Shown here: positions 7,933-16,717 of the stretch, piece by piece
Layout of the letters: each line of letters opens with the position of its first letter
Position numbering within the stretch: position 1 is the first letter of the stretch
Source of the DNA: a virus
Virus record (IMG/VR): IMGVR_UViG_3300017963_000233
Length of the DNA: 21,724 nt
Reading direction: 5' to 3' (one strand)
Notes under the pieces: model-generated
Databases searched by the model: none
Told to the model about the DNA's origin: nothing
What the model saw: the letters and a program-made list of their open reading frames with translations, nothing else
Made by a program: the position numbers and the translations under genes

Positions 7933-8192
7933 CCACTTTAAATTTCTTTGTTATATCTATTCACGCTCTCTTTGTTCTCTTTGATATGACAGATCATTTT
8001 CTCTCGCAAACAATAAACCTCTTGTTACTGCTGCGAGCATTTGAATCTCAGGATCTTTATGTCCCTGACCTATTTTAATTAAAATTTCATTTAGATCTAT
8101 TCCGCGCTCATCTATTGATGATGCAATTTTGTTCATCTTCTCTATATTCATTTTTCTACCTCCATAGATATAAGTCCACTTTAAATTTCTTT
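7933..8192. mobile_element. Putative 243-bp single-gene cassette bounded by 17-bp direct repeats and inner 10-bp inverted repeats
   Basis: CCACTTTAAATTTCTTT at 7933-7949 and 8176-8192; TTATATCTAT at 7951-7960 and ATAGATATAA at 8164-8173. Confidence 0.55.
7957..8151 (-). CDS. Hypothetical protein (cargo of the repeat-bounded cassette)
   Basis: 64 aa, GGAGG RBS at 8159-8163; stop codon lies inside the left inverted repeat. Confidence 0.65.
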   Translation of the reverse strand: MNIEKMNKIASSIDERGIDLNEILIKIGQGHKDPEIQMLAAVTRGLLFARENDLSYQREQRERE

Positions 8193-8504
8193 AACTCTGA
8201 TAGTGATCCCGACATTCCTCACATACTCCGATGACGGAACATTCCAAGCGATAAATTCAAGTTCCAAAACACGGCCATTGTCCATTTTATCTGCAAAGGT
8301 CTTTGAATACAGTTTTGGTATGTAACCAAGTTTTTCATCACCATATACGACTTGTATTGCGTTTTTGTCGAATGGATTTGTAGGTTCGCGTACAAGTTTT
8401 AATTTTTGAGGATTGAATTCCTTATTACTTTTGTAGAGTTTTAAAATGGCATCTTGATAGAAACTGACACCGGCTACTTTCAAAGTGTAATCGATTTTAC
8501 TCAT
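8181..8504 (-). CDS. HIRAN domain protein
   Basis: VAGVSFY...LVREPTNPFDKNAIQV...LGYIPK is the HIRAN signature. Likely start is ATG 8504 (MSKIDY) with AGGAG RBS, not 8624. Confidence 0.88.
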   Translation of the reverse strand: MSKIDYTLKVAGVSFYQDAILKLYKSNKEFNPQKLKLVREPTNPFDKNAIQVVYGDEKLGYIPKLYSKTFADKMDNGRVLELEFIAWNVPSSEYVRNVGITIRVKEI

Positions 8505-9006
8505 TTCTTTTTCTCCTTTGATTGTACCCCTCTTGCAATTGTTGTAGATGATCCGATTCTGCCAATTTTGTTCTAGCTTTATCCAACTTGTGTTGTTCAA
8601 TGAAATCAGGCACAGACCAAACATTTTTCGATATTAATTCAGTCATGTATTTGAGCATCGATCTTCTATGATCGCATCCGCTTAATGCTTGAGTCCAAAC
8701 ATTAAGCTCCTTCTGCACCTTTTCCATTTCATCACCAAGTTCAATCAATTGTCTGTCTGATTGGATGGTTGCTTTAATTGCGGCTTCTTTGACATCTTCA
8801 ATACCGTAATCACTCGGATTTTGTCTTATTTTCAGTTCTACATCACTTTCAAGGAGTTTTATTTTTCTTTGGAGTGATAACTTTTTTGACTGACAATCGG
8901 CATATTTCTTTGCGTATTTCGCAAATATATCGGTTTGTTCCCACATACTCTTTAGAATGTTGTTTGGATTGATTCTTATATCTTTTGTCCAATCATATTC
9001 ATTCAT
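8497..9006 (-). CDS. UvsY-like recombination mediator (coiled coil)
   Basis: Helical 169-aa protein (DIRIN...WEQ...YAKKYA; KEAAIKATI; DHRRSMLK). Context next to the clamp loader and SSB/RecA. Confidence 0.5.
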   Translation of the reverse strand: MNEYDWTKDIRINPNNILKSMWEQTDIFAKYAKKYADCQSKKLSLQRKIKLLESDVELKIRQNPSDYGIEDVKEAAIKATIQSDRQLIELGDEMEKVQKELNVWTQALSGCDHRRSMLKYMTELISKNVWSVPDFIEQHKLDKARTKLAESDHLQQLQEGYNQRRKRNE

Positions 9007-9050
9007 GAAAGCCCCTCTCTTGTTCGAGTATATCAGATATAGAATTATCC

Positions 9051-10019
9051 TTAGAATGGAGTATCGTTTTCAACACCATCGTAAACAGCAAGCCAACACG
9101 CCATCGACAATCCGAATTTGCCTGTATCATAAAAATGATCAGTAAAAAATTTCATCATTTCAGTGATATCGGATGCAGTATTGTATTGAGTGTTTTCATT
9201 CAAAAGTACCTTATCGAAGTAGGCAAGAATCATTCGCCTTACTCCTTCAGCATCACCGCTGAATCCGCTCAAGATTGGTCTTAGTTCATTCCATTTATCG
9301 TTTGCATTTCTTTTCGTTTTTACAAGTATTCTGCAAATTTCGATCACTGCCGTTTCGCCGTATGATGCCGATTCGATGCCTTTTATAATTGCATCGTAGT
9401 CGTCAAGATCTATGATGGAGTCGAGAATCTTCAGTGCGATACCTGGAGCACCATTGCTGACTTTGGCGATCTTTTGTATTGCTTCTTCTGGGTATTCATC
9501 GAAACCTTCAGCTTCTATGATACCACCTAAAAACTCTACCATCGTTTCATCGTCAATCGGTTCAAGATTGACAATGTGGCATCTTCTTTTGATTGTGGGC
9601 TTTAATTTCTCTGCTTCAGTCGTGCAAAGGATGATTGCGGAGTCTGGTGGCGGGTTTTCAAGCATCTTCAGCATTGCTTCTTGTGCGGGACCTGTTACCC
9701 CGTGCACCTCATCGAACAACACTGCTTTGATATCGCCGTTTGGCACAAGACCAAGCATCTCTTTAACATCTCTTATGTTCTGAATGCCTCTTTCGCTTGA
9801 GGCGTCGAGTTCAATAAAGTCGAGATCGGAACATCCCAACTTTTTCCTTATGATGTATGCAAGTGTTGTTTTCCCGCATCCTGCAGGTCCAACAATCAAG
9901 TATGCGAACGGTCTTTTTTCTTTGTGTCTGTTCAGTTGCGCTTGCAGTTTTCGAATTTCGTTATCATTGCCAAAGAATGAGTCAAGGTCGTCTGGTCTAT
10001 AATCGTGTTGCAGCGGCAT
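9051..10019 (-). CDS. Clamp loader AAA+ subunit (DnaX gamma / RFC-like)
   Basis: LQHDYRP, FFGN, AYLIVGPAGCGKTTLA, ELDASSERGI, LFDEVH, MLKMLENPP, IILCTTE, IKRRC. Start moved to ATG 10019 (GGAGG RBS). Confidence 0.88.
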   Translation of the reverse strand: MPLQHDYRPDDLDSFFGNDNEIRKLQAQLNRHKEKRPFAYLIVGPAGCGKTTLAYIIRKKLGCSDLDFIELDASSERGIQNIRDVKEMLGLVPNGDIKAVLFDEVHGVTGPAQEAMLKMLENPPPDSAIILCTTEAEKLKPTIKRRCHIVNLEPIDDETMVEFLGGIIEAEGFDEYPEEAIQKIAKVSNGAPGIALKILDSIIDLDDYDAIIKGIESASYGETAVIEICRILVKTKRNANDKWNELRPILSGFSGDAEGVRRMILAYFDKVLLNENTQYNTASDITEMMKFFTDHFYDTGKFGLSMACWLAVYDGVENDTPF

Positions 10020-10020
10020 T

Positions 10021-12669
10021 TCATCCCTCCAGTATCTTTGAAATTTTATGATCGTCAATCGGTTTTTTCGTAGACCATGCAGCATCTATTTCCGTATCTT
10101 CAAAATCGATCACAAGTGGTACATTGATGAAATCGAATCTTTCCCTTATCTGTTTCGTTCCAATGTCATTGATCGTTTTTATGATATGGGATTGTTCATC
10201 TGGTACTTGATCCTCAAGCCCGCTGTCATGAATTTGTGCAATCGACTTTGTTTTCCACCCCTCTTCTCGCCTTACATCTGCTACTCTCAATTTCGTCCAT
10301 AACAAAATATGAAAAGCAGTACCTTGTATCTGATGATTCGTACAATCATTTTTACCGAGTATGCCGCAATGTTCGAATCCAAGCAAAGACTCGATATACC
10401 CTTTTTTTCTGAATTCTCGATTGACTTCCTGTTTCCATTCATTGTAAACACCAAACCGCTCTTGCCAAAACTTCTGTTCAACCTTTTTGCAGTGTTCAGT
10501 AAAATCCTCAAGCGTTTTCAATCCTACCTTTGTAAAATGCTCCTTGAGATGTTTGCCTGATTTTGTTTCGATCACTTTTTTCCTCAGTTCTCTCCACATT
10601 GCCAATGCACAATTCCCGTAATAATCTCCATAAAATTGAGGAAACACCCAACCATTTTTCCCAAATATGAATCTTATTTCTTTTGTGATTTCTTCAGGGG
10701 GCAGCATTGTGATATCGACAGCGGAATCCCTGTGCATGTCGGTTGATTTGTCGGTGACGTATTTGATCATCTGTGGATCTTTGTGATAAAAGCACCCCGC
10801 ACACACTTCAATTCCGCTGAAATCCCACTCCATCAGCTTGTTGCCGCGCGACGGTACGATGCCCGATTTGCATATTTTTTTCGCATCTTCATCATGTTCA
10901 GGTATGTTCTGCCAATTTGGGTCTGAACTGGAAGATCTATAACTCCTCACTCTATGCAAATGGTAGAAGGGATGAATTTTGCCGTATGTGACTTCCCTTA
11001 AGAATTGAGCGATATATTTATTGTCGATGTCAAGCCAAGAATTCATCTTCTGGTAGAGTCTTATGTAGTTTGAATCTTTGGTTCCAAGTGCTTTTTTGCT
11101 GATCGACACGTTTCCCTTCTGCGTCTCCTGTTTTTCGATTCCTATTATTTCGAAAAACAGTTTCTTCTTGTCGTCATCTTTTTTCAAACTCAATGTGTAG
11201 CCGTACCTCTCCTTGAACTGCTTCGCATATTGATGCTCTACCTCAAGCTCCCTTCTCCTTTCTTCGATTTTCTTTCTCAAATCTTGCCTCGACTCCGCAT
11301 ACAGATCTTCCTCGATATGTATGCCGTTTATCGTCATCTCTGAAAAATCAACAGCACCTTCCATCAACAATTCAAGTGCTTCGATTATTTTTGGATTTCT
11401 CTCTGATCGCCTTTCAAATTCAAGATCTTGCTTGTGATAGTTTTTGAGTGCCCATTTAGAATCAAGTCCACCATATACCAGCAATTTATCAATCGGACAT
11501 CTTGTCATGTTATTGAATGCGTTTGAATTTTCCGCTTTCTTGTACTGTTCGATCTCACTGCCGTATGGGTATATTCCAAAATTCTTGTAATTTTGAAAGT
11601 CGAGTGAAGTAATCCCGCTTCTTGAATCGAGTACATGGGCTCCAAGCATTGTGCAGTGGTACCAATTGGAGACTGGTGTGTTCATAATGACGCTTGACCA
11701 TATCTCCTCGAACTGTATATTCTGCGCCACTTTATAAATATCGCTTTTGAGGAATCGTTTCCACTTCTTTCTGATCTCTGAAATTTCCGACTCTGAAAAG
11801 TGGTTTGGATATTCGAATGGAAAAGAATAGGATGCTCCGTTGTCTATCGCAAATGATATCGAAACAATCTTATGCCCCTTAACAAATGGTTTTATCCCTG
11901 TCGTTTCGTAGTCGAATGCAGCAAGCGATACGTACCCGTTGTTCAGAAGATCGAGTGCATCATTCACATCACCGAATTTGTAAAGGCAATGCACATCTTG
12001 TTTTGAATCGATAGGGTCGAAATCTTTTTTGTCAAGGCACTTTACTGCATTCTTCAAATCTCTTTTCCATACCGCCAATTCATTCGCTTTCCTCTCATTT
12101 TCACATCTCATTGCGAAACTTGGATGGTGCATCGGCAAGATATAGGCATTGTAGCGGGTGTCTGGAATGCACCATCCCCTCCAAGTAGACATTTTGATAT
12201 GTGAAAAGTAGTCCATAAAAAAGGACTTCAATGCTGCCCTGCCAAGAAGCCATATGAATTTTGGCTTTGTTTCTTGAATGGCTTTTTCAACGAAAGGTCT
12301 ACAGTATTTTATTTCATCGTCTTTGGGTTCTCTGAAGCTGTTGAGGTCTGGGGTATAGGGGCAACAGTTTACGGCATTGATTTTGAAGAAGTCTCTGTCA
12401 AGCTCAACCCCTTCATCCTTCAACTTCGATCTGAAATAATTACCGACATCACCAACGAGCTGGTATCCAACTTCATCTTCCTTTCTCCCGTTCGCCTCTG
12501 CGACAATCAAACACCCCCTTTTCCCCTCCCCCGTATAAGACAGCTTCGGATTCTTGTTTGTCTTGAACATGCCGCACTGCATACAAGACACATCCGCTTC
12601 CATCCTCGTGTAATCATAATGACATTGCTTGTCGAATTCCTCTTCATCAATTCCAAAAAATCCAGGCAA
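10021..12669 (-). CDS. polA: Family A DNA polymerase with an N-terminal family-4 UDG-like domain and a 3'-5' exonuclease
   Basis: UDG: CMQC, AEANGRKED, NAVNCCP, YC, HHPSFAMR. Exo I: FDYETTG. Pol: RSSSSDPNWQNIP, motif A WDFSGIE, motif B K..WVFPQFYG, motif C QIHDS. Confidence 0.92.
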   Translation of the reverse strand: MPGFFGIDEEEFDKQCHYDYTRMEADVSCMQCGMFKTNKNPKLSYTGEGKRGCLIVAEANGRKEDEVGYQLVGDVGNYFRSKLKDEGVELDRDFFKINAVNCCPYTPDLNSFREPKDDEIKYCRPFVEKAIQETKPKFIWLLGRAALKSFFMDYFSHIKMSTWRGWCIPDTRYNAYILPMHHPSFAMRCENERKANELAVWKRDLKNAVKCLDKKDFDPIDSKQDVHCLYKFGDVNDALDLLNNGYVSLAAFDYETTGIKPFVKGHKIVSISFAIDNGASYSFPFEYPNHFSESEISEIRKKWKRFLKSDIYKVAQNIQFEEIWSSVIMNTPVSNWYHCTMLGAHVLDSRSGITSLDFQNYKNFGIYPYGSEIEQYKKAENSNAFNNMTRCPIDKLLVYGGLDSKWALKNYHKQDLEFERRSERNPKIIEALELLMEGAVDFSEMTINGIHIEEDLYAESRQDLRKKIEERRRELEVEHQYAKQFKERYGYTLSLKKDDDKKKLFFEIIGIEKQETQKGNVSISKKALGTKDSNYIRLYQKMNSWLDIDNKYIAQFLREVTYGKIHPFYHLHRVRSYRSSSSDPNWQNIPEHDEDAKKICKSGIVPSRGNKLMEWDFSGIEVCAGCFYHKDPQMIKYVTDKSTDMHRDSAVDITMLPPEEITKEIRFIFGKNGWVFPQFYGDYYGNCALAMWRELRKKVIETKSGKHLKEHFTKVGLKTLEDFTEHCKKVEQKFWQERFGVYNEWKQEVNREFRKKGYIESLLGFEHCGILGKNDCTNHQIQGTAFHILLWTKLRVADVRREEGWKTKSIAQIHDSGLEDQVPDEQSHIIKTINDIGTKQIRERFDFINVPLVIDFEDTEIDAAWSTKKPIDDHKISKILEG

Positions 12670-12679
12670 CTTTACCTCC

Positions 12680-13735
12680 TCACTCCAACACCCTTACAGG
12701 CATAACATACCAGAAGTTACCAGCATTGAAAACTGCCTTTCTATGTTCTTTGTCGATTTCCATTTCATTCGTCACACCAAGTATGTACTTGATTAGAGTG
12801 GAATTGATGCGGAAGCTGAATTTATCCCCTTCATATTCGATGATCGATTCATATTCTCCCTCTCCCATTTCAGACTTCGCCTCGAATTGCATGAGGTTGT
12901 TGCTGACGGTGATAAGGATCGGGAAATCTTCATCGTCCGCAAAGATACCAGTCGTCTCGATTGCTTCTGAAATGTCTGGCGGCATCTTTATGGAAATAAG
13001 ATCTGGAGAAGTATCTTCCAATTGCTTGAAAATTGCATCGTAAGGAAACGCGCCTTCTATCTTCCTTATACTGAAGATGACTCCATCTTCAGTTGCGAAG
13101 TGGATCCATGCTTTGGTGATGAACATCAACTCCACTTTCGCATTGATAATTGACAGTGCATCTTTCGCTATGATCATGAACTCTGGAAATATAGATTCAT
13201 CATCCAAAAAATGAAATCCTACTTTGCCCATGTGGATGTCGGCAGCTATGATGTATCCGTATTTCGAATGGATGCAGCATTGTGTTTGTTTCGTTTTGTC
13301 GGTACTTGCCGCAAACGCCACATTCGCTACCGCTTTGGTGAAAACTTCAGGAACTTCTACCCATTCATCTTTCGCTGATCCCTCCTCTATCTCCTTCATT
13401 ATTTGTTCGATTATATCACTCACTATTTTAATATCGGCATCAATGTTGAACTTCGTTCTGATGCGTCCAGATTTTAAGACCAACTGATTACCCTCGATTT
13501 CCAAATGGACGTCTGGTTTCTTCAATCTGTCAATGGTTTTGATGAATTCAGATGCGTTTATAGAACATGAGAAGTCTGTTTGGAGCGGGTAGTGAATGCA
13601 TTCTTGCCCGTTATACGTTACGATAAACTCACCCGTCAGAATAAGCCGCGTCATTCCAGGCACCAAATGCTTCTGCGATAAGCCAGGCTTTACGACATTG
13701 ATAATCTTTTTCAATTCCTTCGTTTGAAGAATCAT
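12680..13735 (-). CDS. dnaN: DNA polymerase sliding clamp (beta-clamp/DnaN-like)
   Basis: ~351 aa (beta-clamp size), VAFAAS, RKIEGAFP, FRINSTLI, C-terminal YVMPVR. Start moved to ATG 13735. Confidence 0.72.
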   Translation of the reverse strand: MILQTKELKKIINVVKPGLSQKHLVPGMTRLILTGEFIVTYNGQECIHYPLQTDFSCSINASEFIKTIDRLKKPDVHLEIEGNQLVLKSGRIRTKFNIDADIKIVSDIIEQIMKEIEEGSAKDEWVEVPEVFTKAVANVAFAASTDKTKQTQCCIHSKYGYIIAADIHMGKVGFHFLDDESIFPEFMIIAKDALSIINAKVELMFITKAWIHFATEDGVIFSIRKIEGAFPYDAIFKQLEDTSPDLISIKMPPDISEAIETTGIFADDEDFPILITVSNNLMQFEAKSEMGEGEYESIIEYEGDKFSFRINSTLIKYILGVTNEMEIDKEHRKAVFNAGNFWYVMPVRVLE

Positions 13736-13739
13736 CCTC

Positions 13740-14744
13740 TCAACCCTCCACTTTGTATATTGTCCTTTTGACATCGATTACCGATTCACAATCATCTTTG
13801 AACCAAAACGATGCAAGTCGATTGTAAATGTTGTTGTTGTGGTTGCAAACGATGATGAAGCATTCTGTTTCAAGATATGGATCTTTCATCTGCGGGAAAT
13901 TACCAGACACATAGAAGTGACACTCTGCTTCTTTACATGCATCCACATAAAACATCAGATTTAAAAGATCTCTCATTCTATGATTCGTCATGACACCATC
14001 ACGGACCACGACTTCTTCACCATCTTGAATATAGGATTTGCCCATTTTGAAGCCCCTGCTATGGACATATCTCGCAATCGCTTCTTTCATCTCTTTTGGC
14101 ATATTGTCGAAATGATTCAGGGAACTCGTTTTCCTCGATGCAGCCCTTTTTGTCGATTGGATTTCATGGGGTGGTTTTGTGTAAATAAAGTCACCATTCG
14201 TATTTATTTTTGGTATCAACATCGTTCCATGTCTGCTGAACGTCACCCAACTTGAACTGTCTATCGAGTAGAAGGGATATCTTTTCATGATCTCTGTCGA
14301 TGTGATACCAAAACCGTGAAACTTGAGATCTGGTTCGCCATTCGTACAAACATAGTTCATGCATTCATCCAAGAATCTTATCTTGGATTTGGTGGGGCAA
14401 TCGTTTGCAGGGGATAGACCTATGTAATCCATTTTGCTGATCGCTTTTTTAAGCCATTTGAAACTTTCGCCTTGATGGAATACATGAATAACCTTATCAG
14501 CAGCCACACCCCTTTCAATTGTTGCGAGATAGTTATGCCATCCTTTTCGAGCCGCTTCCTCTTGCTCCAACGATGTGACACTTTCAGCGCCGTAGGTCGA
14601 GGGAATAACATCCAGACCAACAACATAATCAATATCATCATCGTGTTTAAGAATGAATTCGATATATGTTTCAAGATCGACCTCCTTCTTCCTCATCCAA
14701 GCAGAAAACGCCCCGCTGTCAAGCATCAGATTGAATTCTCTCAT
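13740..14744 (-). CDS. dpdA: DpdA-like 7-deazaguanine DNA transglycosylase (TGT superfamily)
   Basis: MLDSGAFS, GLDVIP, HVFHQGE, YIGLS, FHGFG, YPFYSIDSSSW. Immediately downstream of folE/queF/queC. Confidence 0.8.
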   Translation of the reverse strand: MREFNLMLDSGAFSAWMRKKEVDLETYIEFILKHDDDIDYVVGLDVIPSTYGAESVTSLEQEEAARKGWHNYLATIERGVAADKVIHVFHQGESFKWLKKAISKMDYIGLSPANDCPTKSKIRFLDECMNYVCTNGEPDLKFHGFGITSTEIMKRYPFYSIDSSSWVTFSRHGTMLIPKINTNGDFIYTKPPHEIQSTKRAASRKTSSLNHFDNMPKEMKEAIARYVHSRGFKMGKSYIQDGEEVVVRDGVMTNHRMRDLLNLMFYVDACKEAECHFYVSGNFPQMKDPYLETECFIIVCNHNNNIYNRLASFWFKDDCESVIDVKRTIYKVEG

Positions 14745-14754
14745 TCGATCTCCG

Positions 14755-14961
14755 TCACAGAATAAGACTCAAGGCAATGTCTACGAATACTTTACCATCT
14801 TTCCACATCTTCTTTGTGTTCTTATTCAAGGCTTTTATTTCTCTTTTTCTCCAAGCTATTCTTCCTCTTTCGCCTAAAAGAGGTTCATCTGCACAAAGCG
14901 TTTTCTTCACTTCACCAAACAGCAGTACATAGAGAAAATTGACAATGCGTAAATCGATCAT
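14755..14961 (-). CDS. Hypothetical protein between folE and dpdA
   Basis: 68 aa, ATGA overlap with the folE stop. Confidence 0.5.
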   Translation of the reverse strand: MIDLRIVNFLYVLLFGEVKKTLCADEPLLGERGRIAWRKREIKALNKNTKKMWKDGKVFVDIALSLIL

Positions 14962-15545
14962 AGCATCCCTTTACTTATTTTGATTAATTCGTATCCTTTC
15001 AATTCAAGTTCTTTTTCAGTCGCAAATGCACCACGCACCGCACTCGTGCCCATACCCGATTGATATTGCTTCACCCCTCTGCATCCCATACACTCATGCC
15101 TTGCATACATCACAAGCATTGTACCTGTCGGACCAACATTAGAATCGAAAAAATCCACAATCTCATTGCAAAGTGTTTCTTGGAGTTGCGGTTTTCTGCT
15201 GAAAAAGTCTATGATCCTGCTTGGCTTGCTTGCACCGATCAAATAATGTTTTGGAATATAAAGCAAATGTGCGTACCCTGAAAAAGGCAGCATATGGTGG
15301 GCACAGCATGAAACAAATCTGATGTTTGGAAAATGGATAATACCACTTGCTATGTCTTTGTTTTTACTGAGAAATATATCATCGCATATTTTATCGACGC
15401 TTCTGAAAAATTCCCTGCTCCACATTTTCACTATTCTTTGTGGTGTATTTTCTGTTTCTGGAAATTTCTCGGTTGTGATCGACAACTGCTCAAGGGCCAA
15501 TTGAATTAATTTTACGGCTTTTGCTTCAGATGCTTTGAATTTCAT
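14958..15545 (-). CDS. folE: GTP cyclohydrolase I
   Basis: NTPQRI, SCCAHHMLPFSG, GASKPSR, RKPQLQE, HECMGCRGV. Confidence 0.92.
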   Translation of the reverse strand: MKFKASEAKAVKLIQLALEQLSITTEKFPETENTPQRIVKMWSREFFRSVDKICDDIFLSKNKDIASGIIHFPNIRFVSCCAHHMLPFSGYAHLLYIPKHYLIGASKPSRIIDFFSRKPQLQETLCNEIVDFFDSNVGPTGTMLVMYARHECMGCRGVKQYQSGMGTSAVRGAFATEKELELKGYELIKISKGML

Positions 15546-15546
15546 T

Positions 15547-15975
15547 TTATCCTCTATTGTCGGAACTACAAAAATATTTCTTGTTTACAGTAATATCTAT
15601 TCCACCTCTCGCATTGAATATCCCGACCACCTGCATGTAACTTGGATCACATTTAGCAATCAAATCATCTGCTATTTTATTCACTATCGATTCCATAAAC
15701 GATTTATAATTCCTGAATGCGAACATGTACAATTTGAAACTTTTGCTTTCGATGCATAATCTTTTTGGTGCGTAGTCTATGATTATTTGTCCAAAATCGG
15801 GTTGACCCGTCTTTGGACACAGTGATGTGAACTCTTTCGTTTCAAGTTTAACAAGGTATTCAGAATCTGGATAATTGTTTGGGAATACTTCGATGATGTC
15901 TCTGTCTGGCAAATCGTACTTGTAAATTGTTTTACTTCCAAGTGCTTTCAGATCTTTTGCTTGATCTTCCATCAT
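15547..15975 (-). CDS. queF: NADPH-dependent preQ0 nitrile reductase (unimodular QueF)
   Basis: EFTSLCPKTGQPDF, intact QueF motif ESKSFKLY, FNARGGI. Confidence 0.93.
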   Translation of the reverse strand: MMEDQAKDLKALGSKTIYKYDLPDRDIIEVFPNNYPDSEYLVKLETKEFTSLCPKTGQPDFGQIIIDYAPKRLCIESKSFKLYMFAFRNYKSFMESIVNKIADDLIAKCDPSYMQVVGIFNARGGIDITVNKKYFCSSDNRG

Positions 15976-16009
15976 TGCTCCTTATCGATTTTGGAAATTG
16001 TCCAGACAT

Positions 16010-16717
16010 TCAAAACTCCGCCGCCTCATTCTTGTATCGTTGCAGGAGAGGATCTACGACACCTGCCTCCTCAAAACCTTTGGCTCTGAGTTTGCAGGCT
16101 GGACATTTTTCACAGGGCGGGTATTCACCCTCATAGCATGTGTGGGAAAAAGACAAAGCATAAAAACATTTCTTTGCTAATTCAGTTGGAAATCCCCTTA
16201 CCATTTCAATCGACTCTTTCTTGTTGAGATACATTAGAGGTGTTATTATCGAAAATTGATAATCCATTCCATAAGATAATGTATCTTCCAAAGACTTTAT
16301 TGTTCTGTGTCTGCAATCTGGATACCCTGAATAGTCCGTCTCACAAACACCGGTAATCATATAATGCGCTTTGTATTTGTATGCATTGATCGCTGCTACA
16401 GTCAGAAATAAAATGTTTCTACCTGGAACAAAAGAAGCAGGCAAATTCTTTGCGCTGTGGTGCTTTACATTGATATCACCGTTCCCTACCAATGCAGAAT
16501 CCTTTGCAATTTTGAAAATATCGATTGGTATTATGTGAATATCGATATCAGCTATCGATGCTATTCTCTTTGCTGATTGTATCTCGATTGAATGCCTCTG
16601 CCCGTAATCGAAAGTGACGGCATGGATAACATCGTAACCCTCCGCCATTGCAGAAAACATCGATATCGTGCTATCCATGCCGCCGCTCAATACGACAATC
16701 GCTCTTTTCAACTCCAT
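16010..16717 (-). CDS. queC: 7-cyano-7-deazaguanine synthase
   Basis: LSGGMDS, FDYGQRH, VPGRN, YPDCR, CYEG..PCEKCPAC..R. Confidence 0.95.
   Translation of the reverse strand: MELKRAIVVLSGGMDSTISMFSAMAEGYDVIHAVTFDYGQRHSIEIQSAKRIASIADIDIHIIPIDIFKIAKDSALVGNGDINVKHHSAKNLPASFVPGRNILFLTVAAINAYKYKAHYMITGVCETDYSGYPDCRHRTIKSLEDTLSYGMDYQFSIITPLMYLNKKESIEMVRGFPTELAKKCFYALSFSHTCYEGEYPPCEKCPACKLRAKGFEEAGVVDPLLQRYKNEAAEF

Noticed and set aside
7521-8078. ORFs 7521..8078(+), 7478..7720(+), 7693..7941(+) and 7671..7916(-)
   Set aside because: They have no convincing RBS and overlap the GC-rich structured RNAs, whose pairing explains the sequence better.
9018-9050. Promoter upstream of the UvsY-like gene (TG-A-TATACT)
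   Set aside because: Plausible extended -10 but a poor -35; too weak to list as a feature.
13740-14744. Bacterial tRNA-guanine transglycosylase (tgt)
   Set aside because: Lacks the CxCxxC zinc site and the DSGGFQ motif. The motifs and phage context fit DpdA, and there is no queA/queG/queH.
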